Assembly (NCBI RefSeq): GCF_001194135.2 | Contig: NC_068982.1 | Location: 60,686,966-60,750,965 of the forward strand | Direction: 5' to 3' | Length of the DNA: 64,000 nt | DNA from: Octopus bimaculoides | Lineage: Eukaryota | In this document: positions 24,570 to 38,967 of the stretch, piece by piece | Layout of the letters: every line of letters starts with the position of its first letter | Position numbering within the stretch: position 1 is the stretch's first letter | The notes under the pieces: model-generated | The model's input: the letters and a program-made list of their open reading frames with translations, nothing else | Told to the model about the DNA's origin: nothing | Database searches by the model: none | Translations under genes and position numbers: made by a program

Positions 24570-26829
24570 CATGTGTGTGTATCACTTCTTCATTTAATTT
24601 TAGTGATTAAACCTACAAATCTGTCTCTGTGACAGATTTTGCTTCACTTTGTTATCTAGTTTGTTGTCAACAATTTTGTTTGTGCAAATGTTAACAAAGC
24701 TTAAAATTAATTTTAAGGAACTGTTTTTGTTTTTTTTCTTCAGTATATTGTTTACTGGTCGATTTTTCATAATCCATAATCTGCTAATGATTCTGTTTGT
24801 CACTCATTAGCTTATGGAACCTTCTCATAATACAGTTCTATTTGCTACAAAGTTATAGACTCCACTTAGAAGAGATTTCAAAGTAACATTAAATGATTTA
24901 GTAACTGAAAGCTTTAAGAGAAAGTGAACTATAATGTCCACATGCTCATGTGTATATGTAATTCAACTGCAAACTGCCTAAATGGCAAGACACCTGAGCA
25001 ATCCAATGTCAAAAGGCCACTTTTCATGCACAGCAGGTACTGTTAGTTAGCAGGAGAAGTAAATAACCAACCATTGCTGTGACTGAAATAAATGTTTATG
25101 TCCTCTGCTGGCATATTGCCTCACCATTACAACCTCCAGCATCTCTACTCGTTATTGGACAGAAAACCATGCATTGAATCCAAACTAATTTGGAAAATAA
25201 GTTCTCTTGCTAATGATGTCCAATACATAATATCTATTTGGTCCTTACTGGTCTTAATGTCATCTTTTCCATCTACTTATTCTTCAGCCATATTACTTGT
25301 GGAAAAGATAAACATACTCACAAGTGTGTGTGAGAGAGAGAGAGAGAGTAAAGGATGGACAAGTATCATTATATTGTGGATGACATAGTCTGGTGTATTT
25401 GATATAGATATGATATCTGATATTGGAATAAAATATACTGTACTAAATCTGGGATGTAATGAAAATTTGCTATGGGGACAGATTTATAAATAAAAAAAAC
25501 TTTATAAATAGATATGTTGTCACTCAGCATTCTTAGGTTTAGATCACTGAATGTGAAAATGTTTATATTTTTGACATAGTCATAAAATTAAAACTTGTTT
25601 CTTCAGGATGCCATTAAATATCAACTATCAAATAATTTGGGTGTTAATTGCATTTGTTGAGGGCTTTAAACTTTCGTTAATAACTTTAGCTATAGTCTTT
25701 CTTTGGTGAAGTGTCAAAATATGAATTAGTTTAAAATGATATAATTTTATTCTTTTGTTAGTTGAGTATGTGCATTCTTTCTGAAAAGCTAAAGCTAGTA
25801 TATGTGGCCTTTATTATTTTCATAGTGTTTTGAAGTATCTGAATAACAGTAACCAAACTTCTTAGAAGAGCAATGTTCAAATAGGTTACACCTGTAAAAG
25901 TAGTTAGATATCACAAAGAACTAACAAAAATGGCTACATTTAAGATATTACTGTATATGAGAAGGAAGCTTTGTGGTACATTTTTATTTTTGTTATATCT
26001 TCTTTTTCCTTACTTTTTTTTATCAGTTGTAATACATCATTGAAATTTTTATTTTTGAATAATACAACAAAATTGTAACAATATATTTTGGTCTATCATC
26101 TACATGTTGTAGATTATAAAAAAAAAGGAGTCCATTAATTTTTTGGTTGTAGGTGTCTAAAAACATTTGTCTGTGAAACTGATTATGTTATAAAGGAAAA
26201 AAGTAAATTGCCAAGTCAAACAAAACAGAATGGTTTAATTATATCTTGCAATTTGTGTCTTACTATCAGGATTTACATATGCTTACATATGTCTGCCTTC
26301 TCTCTAATAACTGAACAGAAATCTAAGAGCAGTAATTTGTAACAGATTGAGTAATTGTTTTCCAGTAAACTTTTTTTTATCAACATTAATCAATTTCTAT
26401 TTATCTACCTTCAGTAAAGTGTTAGATAATAATTTGTCCAGCTGAAACATGCTCTTCATCTTTTAACTCAAATACATAATTTTTTATTACATTACTTCAG
26501 TAACAAAGATCCAATGGTATTGTTATTTTTCAAAATATAGTTTAATGTAAACAGCATAGTTTGCTATATATCACAAATTAAATTTTTTGTTTTTATTTCT
26601 CTGAGCCTTAAAATTTCTTCTAACTTATCTTTTATGGAATTAATGGCAGTAACTCAAGAGAGAATTAATTAACTAGCACTAATGATTGTTTTATTAACTA
26701 CTGATTGCACTTGATAACATCAGCTATGAATTTTAGTTATGTCTGAATAAACAACTTTGTGACTCCAAATGTCTTGTTTCCATATTACATCAAAGAAATT
26801 ATCTGGTGACATTTGTATTATTAATAGTT

Positions 26830-27040
26830 AGGTTAGTGGATTGGCATGTGAAAAAATACCTTGTAGAATTTCTTCTAAGTCTAAGGGTTCTGAGTTCAGA
26901 TCCTACAAAAGTCAGCCTTGCCTTTTATCTTGTCAGTGTTAATAAAATAGAACACCTGTCAAATACTGTAGTAAATGTTAACAACCAGCCCTTACCTTCA
27001 AAAATTGTTGGTTCCGTGCCTAAGTTAGAAACAATTACTA
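26830..27040 (+). mobile_element. MetaSINE-like element (family B), near full length and diverged
   Basis: GTTCTGAGTTCAGATCC...GCCTTGCCTTTTATCTTGTCAGTGTTAATAAAATAG...AAAATTGTTGGTTCCGTGCCTAAGTTAGAAACAATTA. Confidence 0.7.
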
Positions 27041-27212
27041 ATTATTGATGTAATCGTGACCTTTCATCAAAATTTTTAGTACAATGGAAGTATTGAAAAT
27101 GCAGATATAAGTATATGAGCAATTCTTCTTTCCTAAACGAAGCTATAAATGTAAGATTTTTGTAAATCATACTTTATATATCTACATACATACACACACA
27201 CACACACACACA

Positions 27213-27289
<77 letters not shown>

Positions 27290-30200
27290 TTTTTCATTTG
27301 TATAATTTTTTAAAATCTTTCTCATGTGGATAGATTTAATTATAGTAAATGGAAGAAAAAATATTAAATAATAGATTCTCTAAAAACAGGAATTACTGGA
27401 TATTTGTTATGTGTAGAATTTAAAATTTGATACCACTTGATATTGGAACAGTTAGTTTGGCACCAAAACTAATGAAATATACTAATATACAAAACAAATG
27501 AAATATGCCTTTCAGTTATAAATGTGATAGGAATGTATCTCTGCAGTTAGTAACTTGTGTATGTGGTTGTGTATATGGAAAACAAAGAAAAAATCATATT
27601 TCAACTGAAATTATAAACTCACACTTATAAATTCAAGATTTCAAGAATAATCCAAATTAATATGATGCATTTATCAATATATTTTTATTGTCATCAAATA
27701 TTTGTATTTGTATCTTAGAAATGGCATCTACCAAATCTGAACATTCATTTAGGTAACTGTAGTATAATATTTCTACACTGCTCCTAACACTTTTTTTTAC
27801 TTGATTTGTTTTGTTTTTTTTGTGGTTTTGTTTTTTTAACCTATATTGGTTAATGAAAAGGTTATTGGTCTTGACTGTTCTCTTCTAAACTGCATCATTT
27901 TTCATCTTTTTCCTCATGGAAATTATTCCTGTTCTATTGTGTTACCTGTTTCCAATTTTATTTCTTACAATCTTTGCTTTGTTGATATATGAAGATTGAT
28001 GTGCATATAAAATAAGAAAAAATTGTGTGGGAAGAGAATTATATACATGTATGTTTGTTCACCAGCTATCAACTAGGTGGTTCAAATTTTAAGATAGTTG
28101 AATCCTATTACATATTTTATTTCAGCTATATTTTTTAAAGCATTTTTTTTCTTTAATGTCAAATCATATAAAAATGCAAATATCAACAAAAAGATCCACG
28201 CTTTTTTAGCTGTAAGCTTAAACTAAAACATTGTAATTTAAACTCCTTTCTTATTCCTTCTCAGAAGCCTTACGTCTTCTGTATTTCATTCAAATACACA
28301 TATATAAACCTAACAATAAATGTTTCCCTGGGTAATTTTATCAGCATCTAAACTAGATTTAGCAAACTTGAAACCACATCTCTATTACATAAAAATCCTA
28401 ATGGCACTTTGTTAAATAATAGCCAGAATTGTCAGCTACTGGTATCATTCAATTTTTGTTATTTACTTAAAATGATACTTTTACCTTTTGGCAACAAGCA
28501 CTTATTTGAATTTATTGATAACAAGCTTGCATCAGTATTATGTTCCTACATTCTAAACTAGTACTCCAGCAACTTAAAAGTAAACTGATCTATCTAAAAC
28601 TTATTTCCCTCAGAAAAGAGAGAATAGAAACTAAAAGAATAAATTAAATTAATAAGAGATGAGTTGTTTTTTCCTCTCATATTCCAACATCACTTTAGAA
28701 CATTAAAAGAACATTCATTTAAGATTTTAACATAGACATTTATTGTATTAAATCTATTAAATTCTTATTGCATATAAATTATCACAAAACAAATGTTTAA
28801 TGTCTAAAAGCAACATCAAATTTTTTTTTTTCCATTTTCCTTTCTTTCCATCATTTTAGATTTGGATTCAAATCACTATTGAACAAGGAAATGTTCCTCC
28901 ATATCTCAATTTTATTAACATTTAAGACAACTCTAAATATTTCTTCTCTATTTTGTGCTATATATATACCCACAATGTGAGACAATTCATTTTACGTACG
29001 TCACACAGTCCTTTCATATAGATATAGATATTATGTCTATATTATTATGGAATATTGACATAATAATTTCATTATAGGTGTTTTCATTAATTAAGTGGAT
29101 GATTTTACTAAGTAAAATTATAAATTATATATGTACAACAAATCCTTAATTTTGCACATATTTATTCATTTGATCACACTGCTTAGTGTTTCATTAGGGC
29201 TAAGTGTCATTAGTTATTAGCTTTCACAATATATTACTACAGAAGTTAGACCCAAACTGCAAGGTTTTTTATAAATCACCAAATTCCAAGGTTCAGATTT
29301 TTACTAACCAATATAAGACACCATTTTATTTTGGCAATTTTTTTAATGCCTCAAGTATCATCTTATATGTTGACTTGTATAGTATTTATTTATTACTGTC
29401 AAATGTTTGTATATTTATGAGGTTTTCCCTACAAATTTCTATTTGTCTATCTAGTCATTTGTTGGGTTTTTTTTTCATTCTTCCTCATTGTTTAATTTTC
29501 AGTAGTTAAAGAAAAGGCAACTACATGATTTGTAAATCTCTTTTCATCCACCTTTATTATATTTCTATTGTCTAGTCACAAACATCTTTTTTGTTTGTCT
29601 TACCTGTCTATTGTAATTCTACAATAATAAAAACCAACAGTAAAGGAAATAACATGCTATTATTAATTATTAATTGTAGAATGTGTACCTAGCCCATAAT
29701 TCAAACAACTGATGATTATCTGTTATACATTTTTATTGACTAAATTAAAAACAATAGTCTTCACAACATCACTGAATACAATCATATCTATTTCAGCAAA
29801 GTTTATTTGCCTACTTTGCTGCTCACCATTTATCTTTCTTCCCTTTCCATAATTCAGATTTAATTTACAAAGTTAAAACAAAAACTTCTTCTATAATGTC
29901 AAATTGACTTTATGGAATATATTTTCATCAGATATTCCCTGTTCATTAGCTACTTGCATTGCTTCAGCCTCTCTATTAACTATGACTAATAAAATTACAA
30001 GAAAAGCCTCTGAGATTCAAATAAATACCTGCTGATCAAACCCCATTGAATTTTCTGTCATACATATCTGTTGTAGATTATTGTAAATTTCGTTTTTTTA
30101 AACTCATTTCATTTACTTTCATAACTTCCATGTGTTTAAAAATGTTGTAGTTCATGTTTTTTGAAGAGTCATATTATTGATTTTAATCTCTTATTGATTT

Positions 30201-31089
30201 GAAATATCATTTTAATCTGATAACAATGGTTAAGTCTTAAAGATATCTTACCATATTACAGCAACTATTGAAAATATATTGCCTTCAAGATGTTCTTCTC
30301 AAAGAGTAGAACAACAGGTGTAAATTATTTGATTCAGTAGTCAAGATTTGCAGCTTTGCTAGTAGCAGTAGCAAATTTATAAGCTATTTAAACAATAACA
30401 ATAACATAACATACATACATTAAATGCAAACAGAAGAGTAGCCAGATAATAAAGTTGGTGTTTCATAATACCATTTAAAGTAGTTTTATTAAATACTGAA
30501 TACAATCAAAAGAGAAACTGTGTGTATTCATGTTTGAAAACATGGTCAAATTAATTTGCATTACTATTTTCTTAACAAAATAATATCAGTGAATCTTTCA
30601 GTTTACTTAATTAAAATGTCATTTCATACATCACCAAAATATATTGTTACCATGAATAGAATTTTTAAACAAACTTATATTTGAGAGACAATTACTACAT
30701 AACAATGGTAGTCTCTATTATGTTTATGATATTTGTCACTATTGTGTTATGTAGTAGATATATTTAGTCAGGAATAGTTATTTCATTTGATTGTTCATTC
30801 TGTGAAGTCTTTATTATTAATTTTAACATTCTTTTGATCAATTTTGTGTATTGAAATCAATTAGCAAATACCTCCACACTGTTAAAAATGACTTAAATTC
30901 TGAAATATATTATGTGGTATGAAGCTGTTATGGTTTAAAGGATTAAACGAGAATATTAAAGTATGTTGAGGTTTCTATTCTTTATTTTCTTTGCCCACTG
31001 AAGTATTATTTTTCTTATTGAATGATCAAAAAATCCATTATCACAATTAAAAGTTGATAGCATCAGTGTTGATACTTTACACTATCCTA

Positions 31090-31175
31090 TTTTGCCATTT
31101 CTAGTTATGAGTTCAAATCTTGCTGAGGCCAAATTAGCTTATTCGCTTTTTTATGGTTAGTAAATTCATAAACCC
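31090..31175 (+). mobile_element. Family B SINE fragment
   Basis: GTTATGAGTTCAAATCTTGCTGAGGCCAAATTAGCTT. Confidence 0.45.
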
Positions 31176-34100
31176 CATTAACAATTTGTGTAGCACTTCC
31201 TGTTATCTTTGTAGTTTAGAAGAAAAGTCTTCAGCTGGTATTTACCGACTTCAGTAAAGATAATTTATTCTCACACTTTCATTTATATCTAAAACTTTTT
31301 ACATAAAGAAATGTTTTATCAAAATAATCTAATGCTTGTTCATATTTAAATATTTTTGGCTGATTTATAAGTTTTACCTCAGATTTAATCAATTTAATCA
31401 GCTATATTTTAAGTCATTAATAAACCAATCCTTTTTTTCTTTTTTTTTTTCAAAATTTACAGAGGCTATGACTTTGAGAGTAATTTTACAAGTCCTTATG
31501 TTCCCACTCAGTAAATTTTCTATCTACAAACATCCTGTCTAGCAGATATTGAATATCATCTTCATTATATTTTAACATCTGTCTTTTCCTTCTGTTGCCT
31601 TAATTGAAGCAGTAGTTTAAAAGTGATTGTAATTCCTTATTAGTTACATTTTACTCAACCCTTTGCCTACCCAAAGCATTTTCATGTTTGTCCTAAACAT
31701 CCCTGTTTGCTTTCAGCCTTTAGTCTTTCTTTTATACATTCTGACTAATATAAAGCATTCCTTCCATGAGTTCAAAGTTACTCCTGTGGTCTAGAAAAAA
31801 TTTGGAAGATGTTTCATATATGATGTATGGATGCCAGGGAAATATGTCCTGTATATCACATGTAATACACAGGACATTTAGGACATGGCATGACCTGAAA
31901 TTTAATTTAAAAATTAATCATGTTGTAAATATTATTTAAATATAATGTTAACAATCAAAGTTGGCAAGATGTTTTTTTAAAGTTTCTGTGCCACTTAATT
32001 CTTAAATATTGTAAAAATGTCTTTATATGTTGGTAGTTTTTAAAAAAATCATTTATAATGTAATTAATTATGTTACATATTCCCTACTGATAGATATTGA
32101 AATTGAGGTGACAAATATATATTTTTAGCTCAGTCCCACTTTAATATATGAGAAGTTTATACACTGTGACCACTTCATACGCACTCACACACTCCATGTC
32201 ACTGTGAAAGCTGTTGCATCAAGCATATCTTCAGAATAAAGTCCAGCATGTTCCATTCGATACCAATATTCCCATTAAAATATGTTTATCTTTTAGAATT
32301 TGTTGCTGATATTAAGCTTCCAGACTATTTTATAATGATACAGTTTTTTCAAATGTTACAACCTAATCACCTAAATTAATTACATGTCATATTATTCTTT
32401 AATTCATCCACAATAAACCCACTCCATTCCTTAAGCTGTGAGATTTTTTTAAAATTATTTCAACTTCTATTTTTTTAATCTTTTTCCTCCCTCTCTCATC
32501 CCCCCCCCCCACTTCTTTCATTCAAGTCATTTCTAAGATGTTTGCCTCACAGTGGATAACATTACTCTTATTGCCATTCCCATTCACAAGAGCCCTGAAA
32601 TTATTCTGTTAACTGTTTAGCACATCTCCTTCAACTAAATGCGGAACTACAATTTCAATTATGAATGATTTCACCACTTATCCACTTATTTGAAGTAAAA
32701 TTATTCCAAACTACATCTCAGCCCCTAATAACATCAGGCATTCATCTGACACAAAAGTCTTGAAACAGAAATTTGAAAAAGAAATAAAATCAAGATGGTA
32801 GTAGTAATTAATAAGTGGACATTTATTTATTATTATTATTAATATTAATTCAAATTTTACTTTGCTGAGACCTATTAATAGATTTGTCATAATTTTATTG
32901 AACTAATTTCTATTGTTTTCACATATTCCTTACGATAATTGATATTTCCACATATTTTTTTCTGTTCTACTTCTTATATTTATCATATAAAGAAATGCAG
33001 TAAATCCAGGCAAAAATCTGTTAATTACATTTAATTCTTATTGCTTATTATTCAATTAAATTATATCTCAGGATTATCACTGGAATTGGCAGAACAGATT
33101 TCTGTGGATAATGACTCAATATGCAATCCAGATTTTAAAATGTTTTTCTAGGTGATACTTAAGAATGTTAATGAGTATTGATGTCATTTTCTATGGCAGT
33201 ATTCATCTTCAATTAATTCTAACTTCAATACTATTAAACTATGTCAATGTGCAAATTTCTCATTAGGTTTCAGATAAAAACACAAATTGTACTCAGCATT
33301 ATTGTCCCTATACAACATTCCAGTTTTCCTTGATTGATTGTGTTCAGTCATGTTGGCTGGAAGAAATCACATCAATACTAATTTCTGTTTAATGCTATAA
33401 TGTTCTGGCAATGGGAAGCTTTTATTAACACACTTAACAGTTATTCTAATCCTAAATATTCTTTGATCTATTCTTTAATTCACTCTTCCACTGTCCTCTA
33501 CACCGTCAAGTCTAAACGAGTCCTTTAACAAATTATCCATATTTTCTTTTGTCATCATTTGTTGGTTATACACTTGCTCTTTGAGAAAATATTTCTGCAC
33601 ATACATTGACTTGTGCATTGAAAGGTTTCCTATGATAAACATTTCTGTTACTTTTGTTTGGCTTCCATAATAACATTCTTACTTTGGAGAAGGCCTACTC
33701 AGCTTGCTATGCTTTCTTCCTTTGTGCTAAAAGGCCTCAATCAAAGTATCACATTATGCACTCCAAACAGCTTTCAATTGTCACTTTAGAAAAGCTTATA
33801 TTTTTCCCAATAACCAACTTCATAGCGATTACAATATGCAAGATGCCATATTGACATACTGGTGTGTTGATTCCACAGAGGGGCTACTGCAGACATTTCT
33901 TATGATATAATGAGAATAAGATAAGAGAAATAGTATAAAGCATTAAAAAAAAATGTCTGTGATGTCAGAGCAAATATCTATTATAGATAGCTAAATACAA
34001 AGAGGAAGTTGTTAACTGTACAGATATAAATCTTTGTCATCCTTTTCTCTCAATGTATTATATAACAGAAGTATTATATAAATGAATAACTATATATTTA

Positions 34101-34215
34101 AAATTACAAGTATTTCTGTTAGTGTTTTATATTTGTGTGTGTCTGTCTGTCTGTGTATACATGCAGTCTGTTAAGTAGCTTCTTCTACACAAAGTTAAGA
34201 GAACTAGTACTGAGT

Positions 34216-34570
34216 CATCATCATCACCATCATCAATTAATGTCCATTTTTCCATGCTGGCCTGGGTTGGACGGTTTCTAAAACCGTCTGGTTTGTGAAT
34301 CTGCCTCCATCTGGCAAGCCAGAGAATTGCACCAAGTTCCATTGTCTGCTTTGGTGTTTTTTCTATGATTGGATGCCCTTCTTAATGTCAAATACTTTAC
34401 CGAGTGTACTGGATACTTTTTATGTGACACCAGCACTAGTGGGGTCACCAGGTAACTTGCAAGACAAGGACCCCGCTCAGCTGGGAGAAGGAGTAATACT
34501 GAGACAAGTGGCTTTGTGCCGGTTGAGTGGTTAAAGTATAACAGAACGATAGAGATAGGTGTTTTACTAT
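34216..34570 (-). mobile_element. RTE-tailed non-autonomous retroelement/SINE (family C)
   Basis: A (CAT)n tail, TTAATGTCCATTTTTCCATGCTGGCCTGGGTTGGACGG, GGATGCCCTTCTTAATG and CAGCACTAGT...AACTTGCAAG, all shared with 6965-7200. Confidence 0.8.
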
Positions 34571-37500
34571 TGAGTGTGTTATATATTTTACAATGATTAT
34601 TTATTCATTCCTAATTTTATTTCATTACTTTTAAAAGTCTGTATTATTAAAATTATTTTTCAAAGTTCTCATTTATTGTTTTTTGAATATTTTTTAATCA
34701 TTTGGCGACTGCTCATTGTGAAATTCAGAGCAATGGCAAAATTGTTTAAATTATAAATTCCCAATAGATGATACACCCGGGTTGTTTTAACATCCATTAT
34801 CTCAAGTATGTTTGTGATGTGTATACATTTTTTCCTATCTTTTCATTGTGTATCACTATCTATAAGGCCCAGTATACCCATGCATTTCCTTGAGTTTTTA
34901 ATCCAACATGTGTCAGGCATATGTCTGCATGGATGTAATATCTAGCTGGCAGAACCACATGTGAGAGCTTGGACGTTTATAGAAATCTAAGAAACTGTTA
35001 TCCAGAGTATAGACTGAGCAACTAATGTACTAGAAAATTTACATAACACCTCATGGGGCATATAAATTAATCACAATTAATTCGTCAAGAATGTATTTCT
35101 AGCCTTACTCTAAATAATTTGGGGGTTATAACCCATGGAGAGAACATGCTGCTCTGACAACTAAAAGATTGCAATTCTGACCTAACATCTGAAAACACTA
35201 TAAGAAAGAGTAAATGTTTATTTTGATTCCAAAACATATGCTGTCTTCTTCATCATATCTGGCATCCAGAATGTTAGTATGTGAAAAAGAAATCTGCTTC
35301 GGGAATCTATTTCCCTTAAAAACATTTTGCTTTGCTTCAGTTACACACCTGCCTAGTTCTTACTTTTATTACCTTTTTAAAAGATCAGTAGAACAGAAAT
35401 AATCAGAAACTTTTGTTGAGGATTAATGATTGAAAGGAGCTTTCATTTAAGGGCCTCATGGTGTATGTGATTCTCTGTAAAAATTATGTTTTTGTTTATT
35501 TTTTTCTCTACATGTTGCTCTTATTATTAAAAACAAAAGTACTTCAGTGTTTTTTTGTATAAGTCAAATTTTTTTTTTTACTTACACTATTTTTCCTCTT
35601 CTCTTCTCAAATATTCTTTTTAAAAAATTTGTTACAGTCTGCATACTATTTCTTCTGTCTTTCTACTGCAAGAATTTAAAAAAATAAAGTTATGAATTTT
35701 AAAATGCTTGCAAAATTGTGAGATATTGTATGAAAAAATATAACCTGAAATGTATCATTATTGAAAATATTTTTGAATAAAAGGGATAGATTTAGTCTAA
35801 ACCAATCCTTTCCCTAATAAGTCAGACAAAATGGCAAATGTTTTAAAGCCTTAAAATTTGATATTGCTAAACTTATCAAGGGCAAAATAAGTGATAAAAA
35901 TGGAACACTTTCTGTGAGAGAACAAAACTCAGTCAGAAATGTCATTTGTTACTGCAATAATTCATAGTTAGTTTCAAAGTACCTCAAAATACTTTGGCAT
36001 TACCACCTCAATATAAGTATTTTACACAATCAATTAGGATTCCATTATTTGTAAATCTTGAATCTGAGTAATTACATTGATTTCTTGAGAAATTTCAAGT
36101 TGTGAAGTGACCTGAGTAGCGGTCTTCTATCAAATATTGCTAATTGGGAAATATTTTTTTTTATGTTTTAGAATGTTCTTCAAATATTATTTGAAGAAAT
36201 TTGTAAAAACAACAAATATTTATATTTGTTGTTGTCATTACTGTTGCTGCAGTAGTAAGAATGGAGAAATATTTAAGAAATACTCCTTGGTCTTTCCAAA
36301 TACAATCCCATATTTAGGAAAATATTTCAAACAATATTAGAGATAATTCTGCATTTGTTTCTTAGGAATATTTCAATACTTCTTGGCATATATGCTCAAC
36401 TGTTTCTTTTGCCCAATATATTTTTCAAAATCTAAATCCTGAATAAATTCCTTATTCACATGTGTATGCAAGACACATATGAATGTAAATGCAAATATAT
36501 TGTACAATATTTCCACAGCATATATTCTACAACTTATAATCACGTAACATTTAAATTGTTTAAATATTTACTTTTTATTTGCTGTCCTCATGCAAAAATT
36601 ACATAAGAAAATATAGTTATTCAGGCATGTTAAATTTATTTTCAACTCCAAGAAACCAGAATTATTGGAATACTGATGTTGCCAATTCACTTTTATTTGT
36701 TTATTGTTTCTACAGCTGATCCATAAACTATCCATTTTATTTCTTATTTTACAAACACAATCATGTAGGATTTTTCAAAAGACCTTTTCATTTTTAAGAT
36801 AATTTTCATTTCTGTTCTTTTTATGTATTTTTTTTCTCAGTTTCTGTTCTGAATTTGTTTACTTTCACATTATAGCTCCACATGAATAATTAATGCATAT
36901 ATATGTATATGTATATTTGCTATAACTATTGTGAAAAGTAATTTAAAGAATTTAAATATCTTAGAGGGAGACATTTATTGATTGCTGCTAAATTTACAAG
37001 TTATGCAATAGCATGATCTCTCGGTTTCTGATAGCATGATCACTCTACTTCTAATTAATTTAAAGTTTGAAATGAATTTCAAAATTTCTTGCAACAGCAT
37101 GAAAAGGAATCACATTAGTTAAGCAATGCAATTTTTTGTATTCGTTTGAAAATTCCTGCTGCTGTTCATTTATTTCCTTCCACTACTTTCGTGAGTGTGA
37201 GAGAAAGTAAAGTTATCATTTTTTATAACTTGGACTGTTCCCTGAATTTCACTTACATCTTAAAAAACAATAGAATTTAGGACAGGAGTTTATATGAATG
37301 GAACTGATTCAAGTATTCATCCACAGAATCTACTAATTTACTATGATTTCATTTTGAATTTATTTTGCAAAAAATTATTATGGCTAGTTGAAATTTTGAT
37401 AGCTGTTGATTCATTACCCAAGGTTATTTAGGGTGTCCGGCAACACACTGATAACTCTCAAAGTATACTCCTACTTCTATGCTACAGGCAGGAAGTATAG

Positions 37501-38526
37501 GTTTACAGCAACCAGAATCTTCTAAACAGCTTCTATCTTTGCCTCACCCACTGTCTGCTGGAAATGTTTCCATGCCATCTTAGTAATATTCCTTGTTAAC
37601 TTTGTCTTAAGAAAGAACATTGTTAGCATTTCCCCCTACCACAACATCATTATTACTGATTTTTTTTCAAATATCTTGTCCCTAAACTAGAAAGTCACTT
37701 TCATCTCTCACTGTGAAAACTTTCATTACCTCACGCATTAGCAGTTAAAAAAGAAACAACACTTCCACTATTTTCTCTAACCAAGATAACACATATAGAT
37801 AGCAGCCATAATTCTGCTGTATACAGTATTTTCACACAACTAACCTAATATAGTATCTAATTAACAGTTAGTTGTAGAATAGATATTTTTGTCTGATGTT
37901 TACTTACAATACAAGACATAGAAAAAAAAAGACATAATATGATGGAACTAGTATAAGTTTAATAAAATGCAAGTTAGTTCTCAAACGATTTTCTTGATTT
38001 TTATCCATTTCAGCAGCTTCAGGTGGTGAAAGGGAGCTGGGTATTTAAATTATGTGAAGTGAGAAACGGATTTAAATGAATAACTTGTTGGGTCAACATG
38101 TTTTCAAAACAGAGTGTCGCTTCATGTCAACTAAATCTGTTCTCAGTATTTCAATTAAATAGTTAGGAGACCAATTTATTATATTATTATTTCATTAAGT
38201 GTGACAATAAATTTTCCTTAACATTGAAAATAAATATTAGAGAAATTAACTGGACTATTTCGTTTCATATTTTCTCATTTAATTTATAGGGAAAGAATCT
38301 AATTTGATGAAAGTGAATTAGATTTGTATGCAATTTGCATAAGTTTAAATCATAAAAGCTGCATGTTTAATTTTAAATTTGATACGTTTTGTTTTGTAAA
38401 AAAAATTAAACCTATGTAAATAACAAGGGAAATAATTTGTATGAGTTACTTCCCTTGGTCAATTTTTTTTTTAGTCTACTTTAAATAAAACTTAATGAAT
38501 ATATTGATTAGTATTGTTGGTTATGT

Positions 38527-38759
38527 TCAACTTTTTTGTTCTCATATTTCTGTTGAGATGCTCTATGTTTCTTTCAATTAATCTTAAAATTAACAAAAAA
38601 AAACATAGTAAAATAACTTAGTTAGCATTAAGCTAGTGTGAGAAACATAAATTGTAACTAAGGTTTGGTGGAAGATGTTAATTCAGGACTTTTGAAAACA
38701 AGACATTTGTACTACAGAGCCAGAGGCAGTTTCAGGCAGGCTGGTATCAAAAGGGTTAA
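38527..38759. mobile_element. piggyBac-like MITE with CCC...GGG ends in a TTAA context
   Basis: The right end is GGTATCAAAAGGGTTAA. The left end, TCAACTTTTTTGTTCTC, is a decayed TTAACCCTTTTGTTACC. The length is about 230 bp, and I recall the body as a high-copy octopus repeat (not verified). Confidence 0.55.
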
Positions 38760-38827
38760 GAAAATTATCGAAATTTTAAAAAAAATGTTCATATATTACA
38801 CATGAATTAACAGATAATACTTTCCTC

Positions 38828-38889
<62 letters not shown>

Positions 38890-38930
38890 CTATCACTTTA
38901 TCTGTGTGTGTGTGTGTGTATACAGTATGT

Positions 38931-38965
<35 letters not shown>
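38828..38965. repeat. Compound microsatellite (CT)n(CTAT)n(TG)n(TA)n
   Basis: Read directly from the sequence. Confidence 0.9.
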
Positions 38966-38967
<2 letters not shown>

